A stretch of 64,000 nt of DNA from Octopus vulgaris (taxonomy: Eukaryota), in the NCBI GenBank assembly GCA_951406725.2, contig OX597832.1, positions 66,092,001 to 66,156,000 of the forward strand, read 5' to 3'. Made by a program: the position numbers and the translations under genes. Under the pieces are notes generated by a model. The model saw nothing but the letters and a program-made list of their open reading frames with translations. It made no database searches and was not told where the DNA came from. This document shows positions 39,045 to 51,795 of the stretch, piece by piece. Numbering within the stretch: the first letter of the stretch is position 1; each line of letters begins with the position of its first letter.

Positions 39045-39446
39045 AGGCGCGGGAGTGGTTGTGTGGTAAGTAGCTTGCTTACCAACCACATAGTTTCTGA
39101 TTCAGTCCCACTGCGTGGCATCTTGGGCAAGTGTCTTCTACTATAGCCTCGGGCCGACCAATGCCTTGTGAGTGGATTTGGTAGACGGAAACTGAAAGAA
39201 GCCTGTCGTATATATGTTTGCGTGTATGTTTTTATGTCTGTGTTTGTCCCCCTAGCATTGCTTGACAACCGATGCTGGTGTGTTTATGTCCCCGTCACTT
39301 AGCGGTTCGGCAAAAGAGACCGAAAGAATAAGTGCTGGGCTTACAAAGAATAAGTCCCAGGGTCGAGTCGCTCGACTAAAGGCGGTGCTCCAGCATGGCC
39401 GCAGTCAACTGACTGAAACAAATAAAAGAGTAAAAGAGTAAAGAGT
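39045..39446 (+). mobile_element. Full-length tRNA-derived SINE (Octopus-type)
   Basis: tRNA-like head (tggttgtgtggta..gattcagtccc), conserved body ggcaagtgtcttctactatagcctcgggccgacc, internal TG tract, and tail ending in (AAAAGAGT)n. Confidence 0.85.
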
Positions 39447-39632
39447 ATCTATTGTTCTGACATAAAATGTATTATCGCATGTATATTTTAAAAAAAATAT
39501 GTGTCCAATATTGCGTCATGGAATTTGTTGATTGCCCTACACTTTGTTTCTGAATTTACCTCTTTAATTATTGTTCGTGTTTGTATTCTAAGCACTTCTC
39601 AGTAGCAGCCCTATATATTTCGAAAGAAAGAT

Positions 39633-39664
<32 letters not shown>

Positions 39665-40222
39665 CATTTCGATTTGGCATATAGTTTGCAAGACTCTTTA
39701 TGTGAGTTCGTGTGTTGAAGAATATTTAACACACTGACCGGTAAAATTTACACTTATTTCTTTTTCATTCTTCTAAATTTTTGTTGCGTGTTGTAACCTT
39801 TTCAATAGTTTTTAGAAGGAAATTAAATTATAAGGCACTAAAAGAGAATGACTCTCCCCAGACACAACAGTATATATGTGTGTTGTTTGTGTGTGTGTGT
39901 GTGTGTGAGTATGTATGTGTGTATGCATACGGCATGCATATGCACTTGTCCACTCGCTGTCTGATGTTGCGCAAAACCCAACACTGCGTGATTGGAATGC
40001 ATGGTTCTTAATTACAAACCCATGTCTTATCTCCCTTCCCCGCCTCTCTCTCTATCTATCGAACCGACCAAAGATTTGTGTTTATATTTCTTAAACGAAA
40101 ACTAAAAAAAGCACGTCGTCCATATGTGCGTGTGTGTGTGCGTGCACGTGTATATTTGTGCGTGTGTGTATGTGCGATTCTGTGTGCGCGTGTATGTGTA
40201 TATATACACATATATATATACA

Positions 40223-40404
40223 TGAGAGGCAATGAAAAGTTCCTGGTTTTGAGGTCCAAGATTCCAAGTTCCTTTCGAAGGCTTAGAAAACCTGAAGGGC
40301 CACTGAATCTGAGAGGTGTAAATATGTAGAACAAAATCATATTTAAATGAACTTACTGTATTTTCTTTTAACCGAAGCCAGGTGCTTTTCAGCACACCCT
40401 CATG
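40223..40404. mobile_element. Mariner-type MITE
   Basis: TIR-like ends gagaggcaatgaaaagttcctggttt / aagccaggtgcttttcagcacaccctc. Confidence 0.6.
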
Positions 40405-40420
40405 TATATGTGTGTGTGTA

Positions 40421-40455
<35 letters not shown>

Positions 40456-41767
40456 GTGTGTACTCGCACATTTAATATCGATTAAAACCAGCTTAATGTG
40501 ATATTGTAGACACCCAATCGTTTCCCTATTTAATGAATTAGTGCTGTTGTGATTAGCTCACGTTTTTCACGCAATTTCGATATCCCTTGAATGTTGGCAC
40601 GATATTACCTTGTGAAACATGCTATAATTAGGGGAATAATAATTTGAAAAGGGTCAAAATATCGTGCTACAAATGAGAATCATCTAATCTCATTAATCTG
40701 ACAGTAATTATTGAGGCTCCGAGAAAGGCAGATGAAATACAATTCTGTCTGTAATAGAATACGCCATTAAGATGTAGAGAGCCAAAAATGATCATATTAC
40801 CAATTATATGCTGCCGGTGTTTGTTTAAATTCAGTTGAAGTTCAACACGCGTTTAGCAGTTTTATGATTTGAGACGGTACTGTCGTTCCCATCCCTGATA
40901 TATTTATAGTTATGGAATAGGGAGTAAGAATACATTTACATACAAAAAGCATTCTAATTTTCGCAGAACACCAGCAATTTGGAAGAGAGGAGAGTAAGTT
41001 GATTACATCGACTTAAGGGTGTAACTGGTACTTAGTGTGTCAAAAATCTCAAAGAGTGAAAGGCAAAGCTGAAGACGCCTTTTTAAAATGCTCTAACAAT
41101 TGATCTTTGTAACTTTGTCAAACACCAGCTCTATCCTTACAGAAAGATTTCAACAAATTAAATGTAACTTTTAAGTTGTGTCTTGGGACGGTCATTATGC
41201 CAATAATAATGACTCACAAACTGGTTCAATATCACTTCTTTAATGTTACGTAATTGGTAATAATATTTAACCAACTAACACATCGTCCATTTGTTTAATG
41301 TGTTGGTTAAACAATCAAATGTATGTTTGTTCATTAAAGTCATTTCGTCGCTATTTGCAACCTCGTTAATTCAGATCTGCCTGAGAATTAATCTTATTCC
41401 TGTGTGTATGAATGCCTATATGTGTCTATGAAGATGTGTGTTTGCTTACAAGAGAACAGTAAATTCGGTGCGAAAAGAAGGGCTTATGTTTGCGCCCGCA
41501 TGCGGGTGCGTGAGTGTGGTTGTGCACGTACTCAGGCGTAACGTGCATTAACCGTCCGTGACCTCATTAAGGGTCCGGTCTATTGTTCACCGTCAGTTCG
41601 ATCTCGGATGGAAGGAATAAGCTCCCGTACTTATCATATATAAGACTGGTACGTATTCTGTCGGCCACTTTTGCTCAACTGCTCAGTTACCGGGTCGTAA
41701 AAACGCCAACACCGGTTGTCAAGTGGTGATGGTGAACAAACATAAACACAAACACACACACACACAT

Positions 41768-41826
<59 letters not shown>

Positions 41827-42403
41827 CACGGACACACGCGCACACGTACAGACACAGACGGACACACATTCATACATACATACTTACATACATACATACA
41901 TACTGGTACGTATTCTATCGGCCACTTTTGCTCAACTGCTGTATGTCAAGTGTGTGTGTGGATGTGCTTGTGTGTGTGGATGAGATACAGAAAATAGAAT
42001 TTACAAGATGCATGATTCAAATCCACTACAATTGTTTCGGCTCAAATTCCAACGAGATGTGTACGATCAGTTGTGTCGCATCACAATTACATCAGGCGAG
42101 GTCTAAAAAGATTATCTCACTCATTCTTTTCAATTTACCCAGTATTGTTGACATGTTTTTTGGTAACTTCCTACATTATAGCAGATTTCATGAGAAATTA
42201 AAAGAAAGATATCTCTTCAAATGTGTAGCTCAATGAAAAATATATGTGGCTGTGCCTCTGTGTGATTGTTTCTATGTATGCATGTGTTCGCGCGTGCGTA
42301 TGTGTCTTTGTTTATGTGTTTCATTTATTCGATGTATAGAATTCTCCAAGGTAGTGCATTTTTATATGTATGTATACACAAACACACACACACAAACACA
42401 GAA

Positions 42404-42438
<35 letters not shown>

Positions 42439-42496
42439 ACAATGTTTATATATATATATATATAATAATGTTTATAATGTTTATAATGTTTATAAT

Positions 42497-42880
42497 TTGT
42501 ACTGTCGTCACTGTCCTGTTTTTGTTACCATTTTTTACCCCTCTGCGAAAAGATCTCAGAATTTAATTGATTTGCTTTTCGCAGGAAGGAAATTTTCTTG
42601 TCGAAGATACGTCTCGCTTTTATCCTTCGAAACGTAGAGTAGATGAAACCATAGCGACTGAAGAAGGTTTTTTTTCTTTGTGTTAATCGTCCTGTTCTCT
42701 ATTTTTTGTTGTTTAATAAAATGTCCAGTTCCTTTGGTTTGTATTTATGTTTTCGTTTCTCATTGTGTTCGACGTCCTTTTGGTGTCCTGTACTCATATA
42801 TGCGTGTATATGTACATGTAGAGGTAGGTACGTACTTATATGTTTATATATATGCATATGTTTTATTTTATTTATTAATA
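42497..42880 (+). mobile_element. Dispersed, more diverged 5'-truncated copy of family A
   Basis: Aligns to 18320-18705. Ribozyme core and stems I-III are unchanged (cleavage C 42613, CTGAAGA 42658) while the flanks carry substitutions. Confidence 0.9.
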
Positions 42881-42997
42881 TATATATATATATATTCAGC
42901 AAAATTTAGATTCAAATGAATACGGTACGGTAGATACGGTAGATGCGCCAGAATTTTGCATGGTGTTATACATATAAATCCATGGGGTGATTATAAT

Positions 42998-44813
42998 CAG
43001 AACAAGTAACAAGAATAGATTCGGTAATTTGGTACGATCGTTTCGTACTACATCATTTTATTAAATGTTGTAAGTATTACAACAGTTCTAAAATGCTAAG
43101 CACTCATCAGCCATTAATAGAGGTTTTCCATTAATACATAATTTTCATATCAAGTGATAACGTTATAGAGAAGGTAGATATATAGACAAAATGTGGATTT
43201 AAATGTTAAGGACATTCAAGATAGTGGACTTTATCAACTGACTGAATAATATTCAGTTGTTATGAACTGCTAGGAGGTTCTGAGAAGAATGGACAAATGA
43301 AAGGAGACAAGAAAGATTTTCTATTTATAGAAATAGGGGTGAAATAGATGTCAAAGTTCCATATAAAGAAATTTAGGTAGATAGAAAATGATTGTCACAT
43401 TACAATGCCAATTACTACTATTTGGTAAACAGATTTAGCATTAGGAAAACTAGGTTAATGTCAAATGGTTATAATGACACTCATAGACAATGTAGAGTTT
43501 TTTTTATAAAAATAATATAATAATAACATTATTAGTAGCTCATAGGTTCTGAGTACTTTGATACGTTGGATTAAAGGAGAAATTATAGATCTAAAAATTT
43601 ATTCAATTTAGAGAAAAGTCTATCACTTATTATGAGTAGGCACAATACTTATTAATTGGGGATAAAAGTCTTATTAATCAAGTGTATTATATTAGGGGTC
43701 AAAAATATATAATACGGAAAATGGAAGAGGAGAAATCAAAGAAGAAAGGTATTCGTAGGTTCAGTAGAACGTGATTTAATAATATGAAGAGAAGTAATTT
43801 AGAAGAGTAAATTATTCAGATTTCATAGATAGTGAGTTGTTATTAATGAATTAAAATATAGAATCAGTTGGAAATAATATTTACTACCCCCGGACGAAGG
43901 TTAATTAGTTAGGTAAAAATATCTTAGGTTAAATATATATTAAGAAATGGAAGCGAGATAATCAAGGTGAACCGAATAGTTTCCTTAGGGACATAGAATT
44001 TATGCTATTTAGTATTGGAGAATATTAAAAAAAAATTCTAAGTATGCAATGAAGTTTGTTAGCAATCTATGTATGTTCAATTAAAAACTAGTATGGTATC
44101 TTTGTTCTTATTTGGTTATAAAGAAATAAAATTTGAAATTTAGGAATATTCACGATATTATTATGTAAAATATTTAAACGTACGGGTTGTGCGATGTATG
44201 CAAGATAATCCTAGCTCCGAACAGTTATTTTACAGAATTGTATTACTCCGATATTTTAAAATTTCATATGTTTCCATAGAACAAAGTTGACAACCATCCC
44301 TACTATTTTTATAAGGCCGTGCTTTTTTTACTATATCCCATTTCAGGTTGAATTCTATATTACTCGTCTTTAGTTCTCAAATTTTACTAGACAATGTTGT
44401 GCAACCTGCTTTGTGTTTGAACCTAAAGGAGGAAAAATGATTGTTTAAACGTTATTTTTTAAATCTACCGAACAACCGAAATAAAGATAGTTGTTATTTG
44501 AAGTTATTATTGTACGTTTATAAATCACATTTTAGACCGAACAGCGGCCAGATACCGGACATTTCGATCTAATCCTACAATTACCACTGGGGGATAATTT
44601 CAAGTACTAGTATTATTTAAGGACAGTTCATTTTCATTTCTGTTATTTGAGTTGTTATTAGTATTAGTGTTATTTTCTCTAATAGTAGTTACATTGTTAT
44701 GCAAACTGGGGTTACTAGTTATTAATCCATCCTCATTATCATCACCTACTACACTTTTATCCATATTACCTATATTATTGATGTTGTTATTATCACTATT
44801 TCTATTAATGTTG

Positions 44814-44880
<67 letters not shown>

Positions 44881-44907
44881 CATCATCATTATTAATATTA
44901 TTATTAC

Positions 44908-44970
<63 letters not shown>

Positions 44971-47076
44971 CATTATAATTATTGCTATTTTTATTATTAT
45001 TATTATTATTATTGCTGTTGTTACTATTCATGCTATCGCTAGCTAACTTAATACCTTTACTATTAAGTCTAGCTATTATGGTAGCCATATTTGGGAGAGT
45101 AGAATATGATATTCTTACTGATTACTTAAAAATTATTTTATAATATTTATGGGAGGCTGGGAAGTTTTTTTTTCCAGTATAGACATAAATCTACTGTATA
45201 TATTCGTCGAGATTCGTTCATTTGAAGGGGATATTTAACCAAATGACATTTTTCCTTTATATTATTTGTTTGAGTAAGAGTGGGAAAGATTAGTGTTATC
45301 CATATTCTTACGAGATTCATTATACGTTATAGTCTTATTTTTATGTTTATTAGTTTTTTCTTTATGGGAGAAATTTTTGTATATATTTTATCTGGGTTTG
45401 CATTTTCATAGTTATTTATGATCTGTTTACTATTTCGATTCTTATTGTTGGGTTTATACACTAGGTTCTTTTCTTCTATAGATTTATGTTTATTTAGGGT
45501 ATGAGTTTCTATATTACTTGAGCCATTTACGTTCACTTCATCGTTTAGGAGATCTATGTTATCAAGATCTAGGAAGGTTATTTCCTGGTCGTATCCATCC
45601 TTGGATAATGCAATATTATAATGATTAGAGTGAGAGTCAAGGATTTCAATATTCGATGATAATTTTGAAATTCTCTATTGATTTAAGTGTATTCGGAGGG
45701 TGATTAGATGATTTATTTATGTATCTGGTAATTTCACCCTCCTTTCTAAATGGGTGATGTAACTTTGAATTTTCTAAGGTAACGTTTAGAAAATTCACTA
45801 TCTTGGTGTTAGTTTCATACGTAATGTCTAGGTTGAAATCTTTGAACATTTACTAATTTTCTTTCTTATCCTCTCAACTTTAGATTTATTGTTACTAGGT
45901 ACAATAAACAAAACATCATCTCAATATAAACAACCTTATAATTCCGGGATATCTCTATTTATGCATTTTAATAAATACGCTCCTACTAGATTAGTTATCT
46001 CCGCCGAATCACTTGAGCCCAGAAGCATATCAAAATTATTAGGGGTATCTGCCCTAGTCCATAATTTTCCTTCAAATTCGATGACAGTTTTCCTAGCTAA
46101 TAGGATGATGTCAATTTCTTCCCTAGATATGAGAGAGAGGTTCTTAGGAAAAATGAGTGATGTATTAAGTAGAATGTGGGAATCTTAATGATTCTTAAGA
46201 AAAATTTCTCCGAAAACCCTTCTGTAAGACTCATATGTCCAATTGGCTGACTTAGGAAATCTATTTTGGACAATATTCTACCCCATATAATTCCTAACCT
46301 CCCCTTGAGTCTATGGATTAATACAGACGAGGTAATAGATTGGTTTAAATCTCTAGATAATAATAATAGAATTTCTTTTATCCAATTTGACATTAACAAT
46401 TACTATTCCAGCATTATCCCCAGTTAATAAGTATTATGCGTACTCATAATAAGTGATAGACTTTTCTCTAAATTGAATAAATTTTTAGATCTGTAATTTC
46501 TCCTTTAATCCAACGTATCAAAGTACTCAGAACCTATGAGCTACTAATAATGTTATTATTATATTAGTTTATAAAAAAACTCTACATTGTCTATGAGTGT
46601 CATTATAACCATTTGACATTAACCTAGTTTTCCTAATGCTAAATCTGTTTACCAAATAGTAGTAATTGGCATTGTAATGTGACAATCCTTTTCTATCTAC
46701 CTAACTTTCTTTATATGGAACTTTGACATCTATTTCACCCCTATTTCTATAAATAGAAAATCTTTCTTGTTTCCTTTCATTTGTCCATTCTTCTCAGAAC
46801 CTCCTAGCAGTTCATAGCAACTGAATATTATTCAGTCAGTTGATAAAATCCACTATCTTCAATGTCCTTAAAATTTAAATCCACATTTTGTCTATATATC
46901 TACCTTCTCCATAATGTTATCACTTGATATGAAAATTATATATTAATGGAAAACCTCTATTGATGGCTGATGAGTGATCAGCATTTTAAAACTGTTGTAA
47001 TACTTGCATCATTTAATAAAATGATGTAGTGCGAAACGATCGTACCAAACTACCGAATTTATTCTTTTTCTTATTC

Positions 47077-47078
<2 letters not shown>
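42998..47078 (-). mobile_element. Decayed Penelope-like element (RT + GIY-YIG) with ~665 bp inverted terminal repeats
   Basis: Minus strand: FDMLLGSSDSAEITNLVG..GCLY*DD (45911-45935); VNFLNVTL..YINKSSNHPP; GNCRIRSKCPVSGRC..NVIY..YFG..RLNNHFSSF..LKWDIVKKARPY..CQLC (44590-44160). 42998-43665 is inverted at 46414-47078. Confidence 0.92.
43030..43113 (-). ncRNA. Intact type I hammerhead in the PLE 3' repeat (mirror copy 46964-47047, + strand, weakened stem II)
   Basis: TGG-CTGATGA-GTGCT...AGTAC-GAA-ACGATCGT (palindromic stem III)-A-CCA; GUA triplet. Confidence 0.85.
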
Positions 47079-47135
<57 letters not shown>

Positions 47136-47149
47136 TTATTTCTGTGTAT

Positions 47150-47358
47150 GAGCTGGCAGAAACGTTAGCGTACCGGGCGAAATGCTTAGCGGTATTTCGT
47201 CTGTCGTAACGTTCTGAGTTCAAATTCCGACTTTACCTTTCATCCTTAAGGAGTCGATAAATAAAGTACCGGTTTCGCACTGGGGTCGATGTCATCGACG
47301 TAATTCATTTTTCTGTCCTTGTTTGTCCCCTCTATATTTAGCCCCTTGTGGGTAGTAA
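47150..47358 (+). mobile_element. tRNA-derived SINE
   Basis: A box-like TGGCAGAAACG and B box GAGTTCAAATTC. Homologous copies at 9425-9640, 40960-41070 and 63355-63562 (all - strand). Confidence 0.8.
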
Positions 47359-47382
47359 ACAAATATATATATATATATATAC

Positions 47383-47489
<107 letters not shown>

Positions 47490-48029
47490 TATATATATAT
47501 AATATATATATATATATATACATATATAGATAGATAGATAGATACAAAATTAAAAAGGAGAGAAACCAATGTCAAAGGTCGTTCTACATATTCATTCCAT
47601 TTCAAGCTATCGACATTTTCCACAATATACAATATATAAAGATGCGTTCAATATGATAGAAACTTATAAGAATTCATAAACACATATACATACGAAAATT
47701 TACAATTATATAAAAATTCATAAATATATAAAAATTTATAAACATATAAATATTTATTAATACATAAACAAATAAATATAAATACATAGATGTACTTGCG
47801 GGGTCCGAATGTCCGTATTAGATTCAATTAGGAGGGTAAATAAGAAAGTTACTTTAAGATGATTCATGAAGAATCCTTAGTAAGTATCAAATCTTACGGC
47901 CATCTTTAGAAGATATAGTTTGATAAATGCGAGTTAACTCCAAGCATAGCAGTTATCTATACTTCTCCCATCGGTAAGAATATCTAAGACAGCCGTATAA
48001 GCACGGGTTTTCATACACTTAACTTCTTC

Positions 48030-48172
48030 TCTGCTTGTTTCTAGTTCGTCTGATTCTGGAATTTGTTGTATTTGGAATTCCCTTTATCTACTTTGTTACT
48101 GAGTATGATGCTTTCTTGTCTTCATATTTTACAAGTTTTAATATCCAGTCATCAGAATTTTTCAGACAATTG
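48030..48172 (-). mobile_element. Short internal fragment of R4/Dong-like family 1
   Basis: tttgttactgagtatgatgctttcttg...acaagttttaa.atccagtc matches 2517-2595. Confidence 0.75.
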
Positions 48173-48217
48173 TGGAAAACTTCATTGTTAAATCCAGTTG
48201 TATTATTATTATTATTA

Positions 48218-48650
48218 TTTTTTTTTCTTCTTTCAAATTTGCTTCCATTTCTTGCCGAGTGTCTTCCCGACTCCTAGGGCAAAGAAACTCATAGTATACA
48301 TTGGTAGGCCATTAAACCAAACTCAATAGTTCGTTCATTTAAAAAAATTTTTTTAAAGTTAAATTAAAATACATGAGCAGCAACAGTTCTCACATCGACA
48401 ATGCTCTTCTCAATACGTGTGATGTACCAGTTAAGACAATCTTTTGCACTTCTTGCAGGGATGGTAAACCAGGGATCATTCTCATATAATTTTTGGCTCC
48501 CTTCTTGATCATTCCTAGTGCTCCTACGATCACTGGTATTGTAACCGCCTTGAGATGCCACATTTTCTCAATTTCAATGAGTAGGTCTTTATATTTTCTG
48601 AGCTTCTCAAACTCTTTCGCTGAGATATTATGATCACAGAGGATGCTCAA
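48218..48650 (-). mobile_element. Severely 5'-truncated copy (3' ~430 bp) of R4/Dong-like family 2
   Basis: ORF 48390-48650 plus 3' UTR is nearly, but not exactly, identical to 48680-49110. ATT repeats on both sides. Confidence 0.92.
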
Positions 48651-48677
48651 GACATTACATTATTATTATTATTATTA

Positions 48678-51487
48678 CTTTTTTTTTTTCTTCTTTCAAA
48701 TTTTCTTCCATTTCTTGCCGAGTGTCTTCCCGACTCCTAGGGCAAAGAAACTCATAGTGTATATTGGTAGGCCATTAAACCAAACTCAGTAGTTCGTTCA
48801 TTTTTTTTTTTTTTTTTTAAAGTTAAATTAAAATACATGAGCAGCAACAGTTCTCACATCGACAATGCTCTTCTCAATACGTGTGATGTACCAGTTAAGA
48901 CAATCTTTTGCACTTCTTGCAGGGATGGTAAGCCAGGGATCATTCTCATATAATTTTCGGTTCCCTTCTTGATCATTCCTAGTGCTCCTACGATCACTGG
49001 TATTGTAACCGCCTTGAGATGCCACATTTTCTCAATTTCAATGAGTAGGTCTTTATATTTTCTGAGCTTGTCAAACTCTTTCGCTGAGATATTATGATCA
49101 CAGGGGATGCTCATGTCGATCAATAAGCAAACTTTATTGTTTTGGTCTTTCACAACAATATCTGGTTTATTGGCCTTGATGGTTCGGTATGTATGTACTG
49201 GAAAGTCCCACAGAATGGTTACATTTTCTCCTTCAGTTACAGCCTCAGGGTGTTGATTATACCACTTGTCGGCAGTTTTGATATTGTAATGCCGACTTAT
49301 TAGCCAGTGTAGATATTGGCCAACTCTGTCATGTCTTAATTTATACTCCACTGGTGCTAAGACTTTACATCCAGAGATTAGATGGTCCACTGTTTCAATC
49401 ATGTCGTTGCAGAATCGGCATTTTGGGTCTGCTCCATTTTTCATCACATTGGCCTGGTAGTTCCGGGTTAATAGGCTTTGATCTTGAGCAGCCAGGATGA
49501 AACTTTCGCTCTCTGCTTTTAGCCCTCAGCTCCGCAGCCACTGATGGGTTTGCTTCTGGTCAACATCAGCTTGTTTGCTGCGGGTCACATATTTGCCGTG
49601 CAGAGGTTTCTCCTCCCACCTATCAGCCAATTGCTCGTGCGCTTTTTTCATTGCCATCAATTTCACCTTCTTTGCAACAATAGTTGCCGTACTTCCCTCG
49701 GGTTGTTCAGTTTGGGTATCCTGCACGAGATCAATAGCAAATTTTTTGCTTTCCTTGATGATAGAATGAAGCTTCTTTCGTCTCTCGTGATTTTCCACGA
49801 GCTTTAGCATCCAGTCATTCGATATTTCGAGATATTTGGCCAGTCCAATTGTGGTTGTTTTGTAAGCTAGTTCAAATTGGATCAGGCCTCGAGCTCCTTG
49901 GGCTCTGGGAAGGTAAAGGCGATCTACGTCTGCCTTTGGGTGGTGCATCCTATTACAACTCAGCAGCTTGCGTATTTTTCTATCTATATTCTTTATTTCA
50001 CTCATATTCCAGTTCAACACATTGTAGCTATAAGTAACAACTGGAACTGCTAAGGAATTTATAGCTAATACCTTGTTACGTGCATTTAGTTCAGATTTCA
50101 GGACTGCACGAACTCTCCTATAACATTCCTTCCTGATTTTCTCTTTCATGCTTGCATGCTGAATACCAGAGCCTTCATTTATCCCTAAATATTTGTATGT
50201 CTGTTCTTGCTCAAGCTCTCTTATGACTGTGTCAACATCTAACACGACTGAATTTGTGGTCTTCACTTTCCCTTTCTGGAAAGTGGCCTTGGCACACTTC
50301 TCAAGTCCAAACTCCATCCCGATGTCATCGCTGAATGCTTTCACTGTGCGCAATAGGCCTTCAAGTTCATTATTGTCTTTACCATAAAGTTTTAAGTCAT
50401 CCATATAAAATAGATGGCTTATTTTTTTATTGGCAATTTTATACCCATACCCTGTTCTGTTTAATTCACTTGTAAGGGGTATTAGGGCTATGCAGAATAT
50501 TAAAGGTGAAGGTGAGTCACCTTGAAAAATTCCACAGTTGATGTTTATATTTTCTGAGGCAAGTACTCCATTAGAGTGGTATAATTGGAGATTCGTATTC
50601 CACAACGACATATTGTGCTTCAGGAAGTTTGAAATCACAGGGGAAATTTTAAAGATGTCCAGCGATCTCAAGATCCATGGATGCGGTATACTGTCGAAGG
50701 CCTTTTTATAGTCAATCCATGCGGTGCTGAGATTTCTGCGCTTGTTGTGACAGTTCTCAAGGATCATACGATTGATTAGCAGTTGATCTTTGCATCCGTA
50801 AGACCTCGGCGGCACCCTTTTTGTTCAATGGGGAAAATATCGTTCTTCTCCATGAATGCATATGTTTTCTCCGCCAGGATAGATGTTAGGATTTTATACG
50901 TGGTGGATAGACAGGTTATAGGCCGATAGTTTTTTGGAAGGTTGGTTTCGTTATTCTTTGGGAGTAGGTAAGTAATGCCACTTGCTAACCATTCAGGTGT
51001 TTTCTTTGGGTCTCTCAAAATCCCATTAAGCAGCTGAACTAGCTTACCGTGTGCGCACGGGAGCGATGCGAGCCAGAAATTCGGCACCCTATCTTTACCG
51101 GGGGATTTCCAATTATGGGCCTTCGTGAGTGCCTTTCTTAGGTCTGCTATTGTGATGTCTTCCCATGCTTGTTGTTGTAAATTTTGGTAGGATCCTTCAG
51201 TTTGTATAATCCAGTCTGCATTTATGTTGTACGTCTTCTTGTCACTCCAAATCCTTTCCCAAAAGTTTTGAACTTCTTCCATGGGAGGAGGGTCTTTAAC
51301 GGTTACTTTCTCCTTCCCTATTTCTCTGTAGAATTTTTTGCCATTGGATGTGAACAGCTTATTTTGCTTGTAAAACTTGTTTCTCTTCTCAAATCTTCGT
51401 ATTCTTTGGGCTTTTGCTTGGACTTTTTGTTTCAGCGTTTCTTTTATTGATATCAGTTCTTCTCTTGGTGAGGATCCAAATTTTCTC

Positions 51488-51490
<3 letters not shown>
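48678..51490 (-). mobile_element. Young 5'-truncated R4/Dong-like non-LTR retrotransposon (RT + CCHC + REL endonuclease), family 2, two frameshifts
   Basis: ORFs 50776-51490 (NWKSPGKD, NYRPITCL), 49526-50815 (WIDYKKAFDS, GIFQGD, YMDD) and 48854-49447 (CRFC..HLISGC, RHD, KPDIVV..LID, K..KY). Both ends are embedded in (TAA)n. Confidence 0.95.
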
Positions 51491-51570
<80 letters not shown>

Positions 51571-51676
51571 CATCATTATTGAGTGAGAGAGCAGTTCATG
51601 CCATCAAAGTGACACTGGGGTAAAATATACGTAGCCCAATATACCCATCATGACTACCCGTCTGATAAGGGTTATA

Positions 51677-51772
<96 letters not shown>

Positions 51773-51795
51773 TATTATTATTATTATTATTATTT
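51491..51795. repeat. (ATT)n tract interrupted by a ~90 bp unique insert (51581-51672)
   Basis: Seen directly. The insert is probably the extreme 3' end of another TAA-tailed retroelement (inference). Confidence 0.85.
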
